Source of the DNA: Eledone cirrhosa
Taxonomy: Eukaryota
DNA: 64,000 nt
Reading direction: 5' to 3'
Assembly (NCBI GenBank): GCA_964016885.1
Contig: OZ024740.1
Span: 7,192,001 to 7,256,000, forward strand
The translations under genes were made by a program, and so were the position numbers. A model generated the notes under the pieces. The model saw only the letters and a list, made by a program, of their open reading frames with translations, made no database searches and had not been told where the DNA came from. Of this stretch, positions 15,567 to 29,026 are shown piece by piece; position 1 is the first letter of the stretch, and each line of letters begins with the position of its first letter.

Positions 15567-15600
<34 letters not shown>
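14760..15600. repeat. Compound minisatellite AGTTATATGTCATATCACATGG+(AT)n with variable (AT) length
   Basis: About 10 units visible, interrupted by the RTE fragment. Confidence 0.9.
14824..15198 (+). mobile_element. 3' fragment of an RTE-like non-LTR retrotransposon
   Basis: Translation DGCYTRMLRMALN...QRRLRLAGHAHR...*EPLHG..GRGKPRLTYIDALRTDTG...MRDRDCWRELV matches the RTE ORF2 C-terminus pattern; has an internal stop. Confidence 0.85.
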
Positions 15601-15601
<1 letters not shown>

Positions 15602-16113
15602 AAAATGAAGAATTAGAAATAGAAGCCAGGACTATCCGTCATCAGTGGTCTACTAGCCATCTTCGCGTTACAGACCATATACCTCAGGCTATGGCGATGC
15701 AATAACTAAATTAAGTTATTGGGATAAAAAGAGTTGGGTGGAGAAAGAGATACAGGTAAACGAAGACGAACGGTGAGGCAACGTAAAGAGAGGAAAAAAT
15801 GAGAAAATCAAGTCAATAATTCATTTGGAACATAAGAACGTGCGAATATTGACGAGAAGATGAAAGACACATCTTGGCTGTGCGGATGTGAGCGATATAT
15901 ATATATATATATATTTAGGTTTGTTGATTCACCACTGGATAGAACTGGTCATTCCGTATGGTCAACCTGGATGTAATATTAGGGAGAGCACCCGACGTAA
16001 TGCAACTCACCCGTCTTCGTTTGTGTTGTTGTTGGTGCGAGTACGGAGAGTATGGAGGTAATTATTATAAAATAACAGGAGGCTGGACTGGTGTAATTCC
16101 TTAAAGGTTTATT

Positions 16114-16171
16114 ATACTATGAACATTTCAATGACCGGGTTCAGTATGAATCCGGTGATATCATCAGGTAT
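16114..16171 (-). ncRNA. Minimal type I hammerhead ribozyme motif
   Basis: Minus strand: ATAC-CTGATGA-[stem II ACCGG/CCGGT + TTCA/TGAA]-GAAA-TGTTCA-TA-GTAT; 4-bp stem I. Confidence 0.65.
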
Positions 16172-16213
16172 TCAAAATTTAACAAAGGAATATAATCCTT
16201 GGGGCTGAAAAGG

Positions 16214-16276
16214 CAGAGAGACAAGAAGGCTGAACTAGAAACTGCTAAATGTGTGGCCGCCTTCTTGTCTCTCTGT

Positions 16277-16316
<40 letters not shown>

Positions 16317-16327
16317 ACAGAGAGACA
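16214..16327. repeat. Nested short inverted repeats around (AT)n
   Basis: CAGAGAGACAAGAAGGC (16214) pairs with GCCTTCTTGTCTCTCTG (16259); TGTCTCTCTGTTATTTTA-(TA)n-TAAAATAACAGAGAGACA. Confidence 0.85.
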
Positions 16328-16660
16328 TGGATATATACAGAGCTATATGAACATTGATTACAAAAAACAAATCTTGTAATAACAAAAAACTATTGCTTTG
16401 TAAAGCTCGTATAGTTACGGAGATTTACACAAGAATGTCTGTGTTTAAACCATCTAATTCTCTATATTTTGTTGTCTTACACCAGTCTCTTCTATACAGA
16501 CATACGCATTCAGAGCTCATTCACAACTTAATAATATAAAAAAAAAGAAATCGGTAGACAAAATGCTATTTCTTTCAATACAGTTAGAAAATATGTATGA
16601 AAATGTTGATCGAAAATGATTTTAGATAGTTACATATTTTACATATTACATATACTAAAG

Positions 16661-16721
<61 letters not shown>

Positions 16722-17011
16722 TACAGACATTAGTGTTTCGGCACACACGTTCTTACACAGTAAGGTGGCCGGGCCGTATTATGACCTGACTTCGGCTCGG
16801 AGTGTAAGAAAAACGACCCCTCCCCATTTGTGTTTGTTAAGATTGTTAATAAGAACAACAAAAAGCAGAACAGAACAAAACGCTTGACTGTATTGAATGG
16901 CGTTGGTTAAGTTTCGAAATTTGTTTCGTTAGAAAAAAGTAATGTAAATGATTTCGCTGTGTTTTTTGAGTAGGGAACAGTTATCGATTAGACTTTCGTT
17001 GGAGGACTTAT

Positions 17012-17075
<64 letters not shown>

Positions 17076-17419
17076 GCGAGATTCCCAGTAAAACAACAAC
17101 TAACAAACCAAAAAAAAAACAACCAAAAGGAAACAAAAATAAAAAAAAGAAGACAAGAAAGAGAGAAAGAAATGGTTATAGAAAATGTATACAAACTTAA
17201 AGACGACTGAATTTTCCTTGGGACTGCTAAATCCATCACAGCAAATATAGCATTAAGCTATTACCATAATATGGCAACCATCGATAGACAGCGGCCTAGA
17301 CATCTAATTGCAATGATTTGCTTGGATCAGTGGAGGACTTTGCGCGACTTTGCGCGATTTTTGCGACTTTGTGCGATTTTGCGCTCACACGCACACTCAG
17401 ACACGCTCACATACATATA

Positions 17420-19145
17420 CTTCTAAACTGGGTGAAGAACTAAGCCTGGTGCAACTTGATGGCCGCACACGCCGCCAGGCAGTTCACAAATAAATGTCCA
17501 CCCAAAACGGCGTCGATATGAGAAACGCTTTTAACTGTTTGTCGCCGTGACCACTTGCTCGAAGTTTATCTCAGTGGTGTCTAGTTGGTTTACCTATTGA
17601 TCTACTTATCATACGAGTTTGTTCCTCGCCGTGGAGGGCATTTATAATCCACCGGCGTCAAACAGGGTGACTCCTTCGCACTTGATGAAGAAGACATTAC
17701 ATGTAGCATCCGGGAACTATTTAACATGTGGTACGTAGATGACGCAGCAATAGGTGGGCCTGTGAAAACTATCTAGCACAATGTTCACCTTTTAGACCCT
17801 GTCCTGGCGTGGATCTGTTTCGAAATCAACTCGTCTAAGTGGAAGATCATGAACGGTAATTACGACACAGAGAGCTTTGCAGCTTCCGTCTTGGGCATCT
17901 GATCAGCTGCAGATGACTCAGACTAAAGATTTTCTCATCATTGGGTCGCCGATCCTCTCATCAGCCCTCTGGCCGACCCTCAAGTTCAAACTTTACCATC
18001 TCCAAACTTTCGCGAGCCGACTGCGTCTGATTGATACACATCTGGCTCTCTTCAAAGATTTTTATATACTTTTCAGTGCCCGCTTTAACAGTCCTGCACC
18101 TCATTTCACAGATCTTGATGACTGCATCCGACATGTTGCAGAGGAGATAAGCAACATCCAGTTCGATGAGACTTGATGGCAAAAAGCCACACGGTCCTTG
18201 GCCTTTGATCTCCAGTTTCATTAGTATTACCTACATTTCTTTCGCCGCTGACATCTTGTTGTGCCCTTATCGACAAGGTTCTCCACATCACATCAGAGCC
18301 TACTACGATTAGGGAACACGAGGTGGCCTACGTGACTTGGGGCCAACTTGGCCTCCATTCGAGGAACGTTCAATCTTCCTAACGCAAATGGGACGCAATC
18401 CATTGTAACAAAACTTCGGACAGCCTTGCGTACCTGTTTGACCATCACTGTCTGGCATGTGTCCCCTCCAACTCCAAGCCCCATTTCGGTGCCTGGCTAA
18501 ATGCCGTCCCTTCGTACTTAACTGGACAACCACTGTCTACACATTAGTGTTTTCTCTGAGGCTCGGCTTCCGGATCTGCAACATAAATGACTGCTGTGTA
18601 TGGAGGGCAGATGCTTTCAGACTACACCCGCAGTTGTGCCGCCTCAGTGCCGGTTACTTGCCACGCCATGCCGCTCTCAATGAGATCATTAAGGATGGCT
18701 TAGACACCGCTGACTTCCCCTCGCAGCTGGAACCGGTGAGGTTAGACCGAGGGAGGCGGGTCTACAAAAGGCCAGATTGCAACACAATCTTCTCGTTTCG
18801 CGATGGAAAGCATCCCCCCTCATCTGGGACATGACATACAGCAATATTTTTTCCAACAGCAGCCTGGTAAATTCTGTGACAGACATAAGTTTCTTTGCCT
18901 GACAAGCTGAATTTCACAAGCTGTTGAATTATTGGCCACTTTCAAATAGGTTTGTCGTTGGACCTATAGCAATGGAGACTTCTGGCGTTCTGGGTCCTCG
19001 TAACATTCTGTTATTCGTTGCTATTACGACGGAGTTAGCCACCCGTAGGAGTGAGATACTCGAGTTGGAATGGTATTTTTCAGTGCGTTTCCCTCGCTAT
19101 CCTCTGGAGTAAGTGCTTTCTCTATTTTTCCCGCCAGGATCATGA
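17420..19145 (+). mobile_element. Degenerate CRE-like non-LTR retrotransposon (RT + zinc knuckle + restriction-like endonuclease)
   Basis: Broken frames give DMRNAFN, GVKQGD, WYVDD, RHAALNEIIK.GL, LEPV.LDRG..KRPD, METSGVLGPR. Many stops and frameshifts. Confidence 0.85.
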
Positions 19146-19349
19146 AGCGCCATACGTCTGGAGTCATGCTCATCGGGAGGTAGAGCAAACGGGTGGACGG
19201 TGTGGTGGGATTCATGGTATTCTTTTATCGACTAGTCTGTGCTGTTACGTTGGTCATTATATACACTCATTGGTGGTAAGAAACTCTCAGGAGGTCTGGA
19301 CAGCAGAAGGTCTTCAGAGAAGAACCCCCTCTCTCTTCAAGAAAGTGTT

Positions 19350-19549
19350 NNNNNNNNNNNNNNNNNNNNNNNNNNNNNNNNNNNNNNNNNNNNNNNNNNN
19401 NNNNNNNNNNNNNNNNNNNNNNNNNNNNNNNNNNNNNNNNNNNNNNNNNNNNNNNNNNNNNNNNNNNNNNNNNNNNNNNNNNNNNNNNNNNNNNNNNNNN
19501 NNNNNNNNNNNNNNNNNNNNNNNNNNNNNNNNNNNNNNNNNNNNNNNNN
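19350..19549. other. Assembly gap (200 N)
   Basis: Exactly 200 N; likely a fixed-size scaffolding join. Confidence 0.99.
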
Positions 19550-20163
19550 TGTTTCGTTTTTAGAAAGACCTTTCACGCTGAGGTGCGCTTGTCAAACTGA
19601 TGTGTATGTGGTGTGTTGTTCTATATATAGGGATTTAACATGTCTGTGGTGTGGTGGGGGTTTCTTTTCTCCCCCTTTAATAAGTGCATGGGTGTAGGTG
19701 TGTTGAAAAAGTGTTCATAGCAGTAATGAGTTGAGACGGTGAGTAGGGTTGGGTGGGGAGAAATGTAGCAAGTGCGGCCTGCCCCGGTCATTCTCGAAAA
19801 ATTCCTTTATTCAGGGGAAAAAGCTTTTAGTATTGCTTTTGTGTTGAGAATGGTCACAGGCAAATCGCACCTGTCAAGTTTGTGAATAATTATTTTTTTA
19901 TTTTTTTCCCGAAGAATTTTTCTACGTCCATCCCAAAGTTAGTCCTTTGTTCAACACACACATATGTGCGCATACACGTACATACACACACGGGCATATG
20001 TAGGAATATATAGGCACACACCATCAATCACACACCCATGCACAAATACATCCACATACATACACAAAAACATATAGAGACACATATAAAAACACACATA
20101 CACATACGTACACACACGAATATGTACTCATACCTCCACATGGGTATATATATATATACATAT

Positions 20164-20263
<100 letters not shown>

Positions 20264-20516
20264 TATATATATATATATATATATATCGTCTTCTTGTTTT
20301 CCTCCGGTTGCAACATTTTTTGAAATATTCACTTCTGCGTTCACAGATTGATTTTGTTAGTTTCAGAAGATCCCGTTAAGGGTGAAAGCAGCGATTCTTT
20401 GCTTACACTTTAATCTGTTATTTTAATAAATATTTGCTCTACGGTTCTTATATATTTGATATATATTTATCCTCATCGAACCCTCTTTGGATTTTAGTCT
20501 TCAAATTTATTATTAT

Positions 20517-20580
<64 letters not shown>

Positions 20581-20774
20581 ATACTTGGGGAGGGTCATAT
20601 TTGTGTAATATTGCCAGAATTAATAACAGAACACACTCACTGTTTGGTTGGTTTTCGCTTCTGTGTCTTTTATATCGGTAATATAATTTATTCGGTCCTC
20701 AATGTTACCATTGACTGACCAACGGTCAAAAATAATACAGATACAATATAGACACAAACACATATATATAGTTT

Positions 20775-20816
20775 ATCAAAGTTCTTTCGTTGCACATCTG
20801 CAACATTATCAGTGGT
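20775..20816 (-). ncRNA. Degenerate minimal hammerhead motif in the Penelope 3' region
   Basis: ACCA-CTGATAA-T-GTTGCA gatg TGCAAC-GAAA-GAAC-TT-TGAT; G8>A core change and one stem I mismatch. Confidence 0.5.
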
Positions 20817-21074
20817 GCTATTGTTTCCTCCCGTTACATTGTATTTTGTACGCCATCTTTATTTAGTCTGTTTATATATTTATTTATTTGTTTATTTTAT
20901 TTTGTCTTCTTTGCGCATGCGTTTGCGTGTGTGTATAGTGTTTTGTTTGATGTGTGTTCGTGATTGGGTGACTGTGTATTGGTTAATGTATTATATCTTT
21001 ACTAGTGTGTGTTTATATGTGTTTGTTGTTATTGTGCTTGTGTATGTATTTATTTATTTATCTATTTATTTATT

Positions 21075-23440
21075 TATACTTCTCTTAGGTCAGTGTTGTT
21101 TGTTTGGGTGTTGTTGTTATTCCATTCATTCTTTCTGTTTAGCCTTGGCCTTCTAAGTTCTATTTCACTGGCCTCTCTGATTTGCCTATCTGCTGGGTCA
21201 TTTCTATGTTTAGATATTATTCTAATTTCTATGTTGTCTATGTTACCGTCGTGTTGTTGTCTGGCATGTTCGTATAGTACTGACCCGTTTTTTCGTCCTT
21301 TTAGTTCCCCCAGTGTTGGTCTATCCTTTCACCTATGCTAGAGCTGTCTCGCCTATGTATGTATGTTGTCATGTTTCTGCAAGTACCCTCTGTACATCTT
21401 ATGCTATAGACTACGTTTCTAGTTTTACAGTTTATCCGGGGGTTTACCTTACATATGATACATTTCCTATTAGTACAGTGGGTTTTCTTAAAAGGGTAGG
21501 TTTTGCTGATCAGGGATTTTATGATGGTTCCTGGCTTTTCTACCACCTTAATCTTTAAGTGGGTCTTTCTCAGGGCCTTTCTACACTGGTTAGCTAATTT
21601 CTCTCCATGGGTAGCGTCCACAAACATGACACTCTGGTATCTCTGGTTGTCGTACCATGAGGTGGCTTTCCCTATCTTATGTCTAGTCCTATCTAAGCTA
21701 TTCCATGATTTGCTCCTGTATAATGGGCAAATTCCTTTCATGTCCAGTTCTATGAGGGTCTTATACTTCTCCATGGCTCCTCGTATACTCTGTCTCTGTC
21801 TCTTTGGTTGTAGCCAGAGAACTGCATGCGGTTGATGAAGTGTTGGATGTGTATTTCCATTTCTGTTGGGTCGCACATACGGGACACATTCTTCATCACT
21901 CGTACCAAATCTGCGATCAGAATATTAAACTTAGCACTACTGGACATTGCTGAGTTTTTGAGTATCAGGTATTTGGAGGCCATGGGTTTAGCATAGTGTG
22001 AGTGGTAGAATTTGGGCTCTCTCGTCTATAGTGTTAATCCAGAGTTCCGTGTCTAATACAGGTAGTCTATTGTTAGGGTGTTTGGAAGGGTAGTCGATAG
22101 TTACAGTTATACTCTGGTGTATGGAATTAGCTATCTGCTGGATGCTTTCCATTGTGCTACGTTCTAAATCAAACTTGTTAGTGCTCTCTAGTGGGGATGT
22201 TCTTATAACTATATTGATATCGTCTACGTAACGAGAGTACATGATGAGGTCTATGGAGCTCTCATTAAGGAGATCTTTAAGTCTCCTTTCCCACCATACC
22301 ATGAAAAGGTTGGCAACATCACCAGCTATGCTGACGCCAATGGCTGCTCCCTCATTTTGGGTGTAGATCTTCTCGTTGAACTTGAATATGTGGCCCTTTA
22401 GGGTAGTTTTGATACTAGCCCCTATTGCATGTGCGACCATTTTTCTTACCTGATCATTGTTTTGGGGGGTCCGTATAGCTTTGGTCCACCCAATCCACCT
22501 TCCCATGGGAGTCTTTTTAGCCATTGAGGTTATGGTGGTGGTGGTGGTGGTGGGGGGGGGGTCTACCTCTTATGGGTCTACTAGGGCAGAAACGTCTAAG
22601 GTCATGTCTGTCTATGTAGTCGGTGTCGTAGGTAAGTCTAAGTAGGAGGTCCAGTTCGTCTGTGTCGACGTCGCAGAACTCCACCTCACTCTCAATGATC
22701 ATCTCCACACATCTTTTCACAGCAAAATCAATGTTAATGGATGGGTACAGTGATACCACATCCATGCTGCCTATTATACAGTTGGATAGGCTCCTGTTTT
22801 TGTTGCACTCACTAATTCTGCTGAGGAGGTCCTCTGTACTGTCACATACATCTGGGGACATCTTGATTATGGGGCGTATAACCATTGAGAGGAAGTAGGA
22901 GATCCTGTAGTTGCTAGCTATATTAGCTCCGCATACGGGTCTTGTTGGTGGTCCTGTTGTCGGGTCGTCGACTGTCTTGTGGTCTTTGCGGAGCCCATAC
23001 AAGGGTGGTATGCCATTGTTAGACGCCTGGAAGTTGTTGGCAGTGCGTCTGCTTGGCTTTAGGATGTCGGTCCACATCATCATGTGAGCGTTGAGGATTT
23101 TTTCTCTCCCATCATGTGTTTGCTGTGCAATTTCGCTCGTGTTGGTGATGTGGGGTTGCATAGCCTTGATGTAGTTCGGCATGCTATCTATTGACATCCT
23201 ACCAGACTTATCCGTGGGTAGACATACTACCTCACCCTCCCTTGTGCGCTGCTTGAGGCTAACCAAGCCTTCTACAGGTTTCCCCCCAAGTTGTTGGGCC
23301 TCTGGTCTGCTCTGTCTCTTAGTATACCGGTCTACTATTTGTCTAATCTTATTTCTAGCTATGGTGAATTGTGCCTCTGTCTCGTCATCTATTTGTTGTG
23401 GTATGCAAACTCTTTTATTAAAGGGTAACCTCGTAGGTTA
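21075..23440 (-). pseudogene. Frameshifted Penelope-type RT + GIY-YIG endonuclease ORF (possibly Naiad-like)
   Basis: PTDKSGR, LYGLRKDHK, RPVCGA, GSMDVVSLYPSI, YTQNEGAAIG, RYVDD, LPVLD, then C..KC..C..CKTRNVVY.I.C...YIGET..SIGER..QH..RQIREA..I..LNRKNEW. Several frameshifts. Confidence 0.9.
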
Positions 23441-24034
23441 GATATTACCCATCTTATATGTTTTGTCAGCTGGGTTGAAAAATAGTTTCTCTAAGGGGTT
23501 GTCATTATATCTATCGTCATAGTTGTGTGTGTTGCTATTATTGTTATTATGGTGGCTGTTGTTCCTATCATTAGCATTATTATTATTGTTATGATTGCTA
23601 GATGTATTGTTGCTGTGATTGTTAGATGTATTGTTGTTATGATTGCTAGATGTATTGTTGCTGTGATTGTTGTTTACTTCACCGTTATTGTTGTTGTTAC
23701 TGTTATTTCTACCATTGTGGTTGTTACTTTTATTATGTTTCTTGTTTTTGTTGTGTCTATCATTAATGTTGTTACATGTATTATTTCCATTATTACCACT
23801 GTGGTTGACCGTCGGTCAGTCAATGGCAACATTGAGGACCGAATAAATTAGATTACCGATATAAAAGACACAGAAGCGAAAAGCGAAAACCAACCAAACA
23901 GTGAGTGTGTTCTGTTATTAATTCTGGCAATATTACACAAATATGACCCTCCCCAAGTATAACAATATTTGTTTCGACACACGATTTCATATAAAAAACC
24001 TCGCAAAACTAATTCATCGCCGTTATATATATAT

Positions 24035-24082
24035 ATTTACTGTAATGAGACTATTTTGAGTTTCTAACTCAATACATGCTTT

Positions 24083-24140
<58 letters not shown>

Positions 24141-24585
24141 GATATTAATAAATGGAAACTATATTTATAAAACCATATTTATTTCATTATACATATTTGA
24201 GGGATACCAAATTAAATTATGGTATGCCTTCATCAGACAAAATACAATATATAACAGTTTTACAAATAAGCTTTGACGTACCCTATTAAAATGCAACCAT
24301 TGTTTTTGGAAGTCATCCGGATGACTTCCAAAAACAATGGTTGCATTTTAATAGGGTACGTCAAAGCTTATTTGTAAAACTGTTATATATTGTATTTTGT
24401 CTGATGAAGGCATACCATAATTTAATTTGGTATCCCTGAAATATGTATAATGAAATAAATATGGTTTTATAAATATAGTTTCCATTTATTAATATCGTAT
24501 ATCTACTCCAAATACTTGTCGAGTGCTTTATATCAGTTATAAAAATATCTACTTGTTGTATCCCAACAATTTTAAATAGAACTTT

Positions 24586-24640
<55 letters not shown>

Positions 24641-24690
24641 CAAAAGCATGTATTGAGTTAGAAACTCAAAATAGTCTCATTACAGTAAAT
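24035..24690. repeat. Fold-back palindrome of a short repeat family (near-perfect ~370-bp loopless palindrome 24135-24502, centre 24318/24319, plus outer ~50-bp arms)
   Basis: ...GGAAGTCATCC|GGATGACTTCC...; outer arms 24035-24085 and 24639-24690. CTGATGA-stem-GAAA core at 24401-24441. Relatives at 27090-27380 and 32040-32200. Confidence 0.93.
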
Positions 24691-24831
24691 TAGCTTTAGG
24701 AAAAAGATTTTTCCGAGCCGTATATAACTGAACAAAAAGGAAAAAACGAACACAGACATATATATATATATATGTGCTCAATTTAAGAATAAATTAAGAA
24801 AAATAAATATAAACCAGTATTGTGGTAACTA

Positions 24832-24920
24832 CCATCACCCAGGCGGTCTTTGATAGAACCGTTTCGCAATATTATTTGTGAAGAGATATACCAAATTCCA
24901 GACTCATCAGTGGGTGATGA
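24832..24920 (-). ncRNA. Extended type I hammerhead ribozyme motif with U16.1>C substitution
   Basis: TCATCACCCA-CTGATGA-G..38 nt..C-GAAA-CGGT..ACCG-CC-TGGGTGATGG; stem I is 9 Watson-Crick pairs + 1 GU. Cleavage triplet reads GCC rather than GUC. Confidence 0.7.
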
Positions 24921-25065
24921 AATTAGTATCCTCCTCACTTCTAAGTCAAATAGAAAACTGGAAAATGTGTGTATATATATAACACACAGGGTTCCCGAAC
25001 TTAGCGTGTCGCGCATACTTACGCCACTAAACATTTTTGTTCAGTTACATATATATATATAATTT

Positions 25066-25874
<809 letters not shown>

Positions 25875-26926
25875 AAAAGATTGAGGACCCCGACGGCTGA
25901 GCTCCGGTCGTCTCGACAGCTAGATCCGAACTAAGCCCACCAGTATTAGAATGACGGGAATCTAGCTGAACTTATCATGGAGTACAGTCCATATATGGGC
26001 ATGCAGTCAAAGCAAGAAAAAAAAGTCTATCTACCTCCCTACCTACCCACCCCTCTCTATCTACCTCCCTACCTACCTACCCACCCCCTCTCTCTCTATC
26101 TACCTACCTACCCCCTCTCTCTCTTCCTACCTACCAACCACCCCTCCCTCTCTCTCTTTCCCATACCCGTTTTTCTTGTCTTTGACGATGAGTGGTCAGT
26201 GATGTGGGATGTGGTGTATATAGTTTATTACCTTCAACGGCCTCAGGAAGCCAGTCAGGTGGCGACGTATGGCATTAACAGACTGGCTTCCAATGCAACT
26301 ATCTATAATCTGTAGAAATGCTATTCAAAAGGATAAAAACAAACGAGAGAAAAATATATTTTCGGCGTTTCTAAGTGAAAGAGTAGAGTGTTTATATTAA
26401 GTTTGCCTTATCCAACACTTCTTTAAAAAGCCAAGCATTTATATTTTATTACTAATTCAGCTCCTCGCAAAGAAATCTAGTTATTTACTCTGAGGCCCGG
26501 GAAGGGCGCCTCATACACTAATTTACTTGTTTTTTTCCTTTATATTTAAACACCCTAAATCTACCCCTGTCTTAAAGATAATACTCATCTTCTCCTCTCT
26601 AGTACTGTTGTAAATTAGCCAAAATTCTGTAGCAAAGTAAATTCCTCAAAAAGCCTGAAAGGGTCAATTTAACATGTATTTCAGAGCTATTGGCAAACAT
26701 TAGCAAAAGGAAAAAACATTTTGAGGAGAAAATCGATACTGCAGTCGGGTCCTTAACTTTAAGGAGTCACCTTGAGCCAATCCTCTGCGAAACGCGCGTA
26801 ACAGGTCGATACGCAATAAATATTTTTCATATGTAAACGAAACTTCCTCGTTTTTTTTAATTATATATACTCTGTTTGTATATAGAGTGGTTGGTTTGGT
26901 ACCAGTAATTCACTGTACTACCTACA

Positions 26927-26975
<49 letters not shown>

Positions 26976-27089
26976 CTCTGTTTGTATATAGAGTGGTTGG
27001 TACCAACACTAGTATTTCACCTACTACCTACACTACACACACACACATATATATATATATACATATACATATGCAGAGGGTATATTTAA

Positions 27090-27380
27090 TTTGTTGGGAT
27101 TCAACAAGCTTAAAAATGTTTATAACTGATATAAAGCACTCAACAGTTTAGTGGAGTTAATATACAATATATTAATAAATGGAAACTATATTTATAAAAC
27201 CATATTTATTTTATTATACATATTTCAAGGGCCACCAAGGCAAATTATGGTGCGCTTTCATCAGATAAATTACAGATTTGTTTTATAAATAAATATTGAC
27301 ATACCCGGAAAAAAGACAACCTTAACGGTTGGAGCTTCCTGGATATCCAGGAAGCTCCAACCGTTAAGGTTGTCTTTTTA
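27090..27380. repeat. Copy of the 24.1-24.6 kb family with a terminal loopless palindrome (27310-27379)
   Basis: Shared AATAAATGGAAACTATATTTATAAAACCATA...TTCATCAGA; centre CCTGGAT|ATCCAGG. Confidence 0.88.
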
Positions 27381-27446
<66 letters not shown>

Positions 27447-27448
<2 letters not shown>

Positions 27449-27500
27449 CGATGCGTTATGTCCTTGAGCAAGACACTTTATTTCACGTTGCTCCTTCTAT
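27447..27500 (+). mobile_element. SINE central-domain fragment
   Basis: GTCCTTGAGCAAGACACTTTATTTCACGTTGCTCC matches the SINE at 47290-47340. Confidence 0.7.
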
Positions 27501-27624
27501 CTGGAGTTGCGACCGATAGATAGTATTAGCAATTGGAAAGACCAACGGAAACATTGTTCCCTCGGTCCGATTTGACAAAAAAAAAGTCGATCGTTCCTAA
27601 AAAAAATATATATATATATATATA

Positions 27625-27712
27625 ATTGTTTCTACTTTTGGCACAAGGCCAGCAATTATCCCAGTGCATTACTGGTACTTTATTTGATCTACCCCGTAAG
27701 GATGAAAGCAAC
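27625..27712 (-). mobile_element. 3' half of the SINE family seen at 14290-14420
   Basis: Reverse complement TTTCATCCTTACGGGGTAGATCAAATAAAGTACCAGTAA...GCTGGCCTTGTGCCAAAAGTAGAAAC. Confidence 0.75.
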
Positions 27713-27842
27713 TATATAATAATAATAAGTTGCAGCTGCACTATAGCAGATGCTCATCGAATTGTAAAAGGTAATCTCGAAAGTACTCCATGATGTGAGA
27801 AACTGATACATTTTCACCCATATATATATATGTATATATATA

Positions 27843-28295
27843 TCATCATCATCATTTTACGTCCACTTTTCCCTGCTTGCAAGGGTGGGACGGGTCCTAT
27901 ACAGCACAGCATCTCTCCACTTGTCACGGTCCTTTGTCATCTCCTCCGTGAGCTTCAGCGATCTGAGGTCTGCCCTCACCACCTCCGCCCATGTTTTTTG
28001 TGGTCTACCTCGACTGTGTCTTCCTTCTACTGGGATTTCTTGGCACTTCTTTACCCAGCGGTCATCCTCCATGCGTTTCACATGACCATACCATCTCAGC
28101 CTTCTCTCCTGCACACCACAACTTATCCCTCTTATACCCAGTTTCTTTCTCAACACATCTATGCTGGGTCGTTCACGCACATTGACATTGCACATCCAAT
28201 GGAGCATGCTTGCTTCATTTCTCTCCAGCCGTCGCATATCCTCTGCAGTTGCTGCCCATGTCTCACTACCATGCAGCATCACACACAGGCATCAT
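27843..28295 (-). mobile_element. 5'-truncated RTE-like LINE 3' end with (TGA)n tail
   Basis: MLHGSETWA..RRLERNEASMLHWMC..RRLRWYGHVKRMED..RGRPQKTW..DRDKWR; tail GGACGTAAAATGATGATGATG. Confidence 0.92.
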
Positions 28296-28435
28296 ATCTA
28301 TGTGGCATTTCGGGATTATAAACAGGTAGTGACATGACCACTACCTGTTAGTTAATATATCGATTTACCATGATCAATCAACCCTCTGAAAAGATCGTAA
28401 ATCAATGAACTAATTAAGAAACTATTTTCATTATT

Positions 28436-28625
28436 CACACACACACACCACATCACACACACACCACACCACACACACCACACCACACACGATCACACAC
28501 CACACCACACACGCTCACACACCACACCACACACGCTCACACACCACACACGCTCACACACCACACCACCCACACACACCACACCACACACGCACACACA
28601 CCACACACACCAAACCACCCCCACA
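28436..28625. repeat. (CA)n/(CACCA)n compound microsatellite
   Basis: Direct reading. Confidence 0.9.
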
Positions 28626-29026
28626 TACCTCTCACTTCCTGTCCTTACCCGGAAGAAATCTATTGTGTTGAAACTTGAAGAAGCGACCGGCTCCGCCAGG
28701 TTTTAAAGAACAGTGCCCTTGTTATGCCATATCAATACGGCACCTTGGGGACTCCCCCGGGAATTATGGGGCTATACACATACGAGGTTGATAAAAAAAA
28801 GTACCAGTCTAATACTGAGGTCGATTCTTCCTCTATATTTCTCCCTCATTTCCTTTCCCACACTCTATCTATCTTTCTCTGGAAGAAATCTGCTGTATTC
28901 AGACCTGGAGAGAAGATGGGTCCGCCAGGTTTAAACCCTTGAAATGCTGTATGTCAATACGGCATCCCTACAAATCCATCTGGATTTACGGGTCCATACA
29001 TAAATATTACATTAAATAGGTTTATT

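Larger units (their letters stand above)
20574..23968 (-). mobile_element. Penelope-like retroelement #1 with its 3' terminus repeated in inverted orientation at the 5' end
   Basis: RT + GIY-YIG frames on the minus strand. 20574-20729 is the reverse complement of 23805-23968. Hammerhead-like motif in the 3' region. Confidence 0.88.

Noticed and set aside
15640-15660. Minus-strand CCACTGATGACGGATAGTCC
   Set aside because: No downstream GAAA or stem III before the sequence runs into (AT)n.
19051-19697. ORFs spanning X runs
   Set aside because: Artefacts of translating across the N gap.
26246-26291. 11-bp inverted repeat GGAAGCCAGTC/GACTGGCTTCC
   Set aside because: Isolated short hairpin with no second copy or recognisable motif in the window.
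26790-26810. GCGAAACGCGCGTAAC, resembling a minimal hammerhead 3' half
   Set aside because: No convincing upstream CUGANGA or stem I partner.
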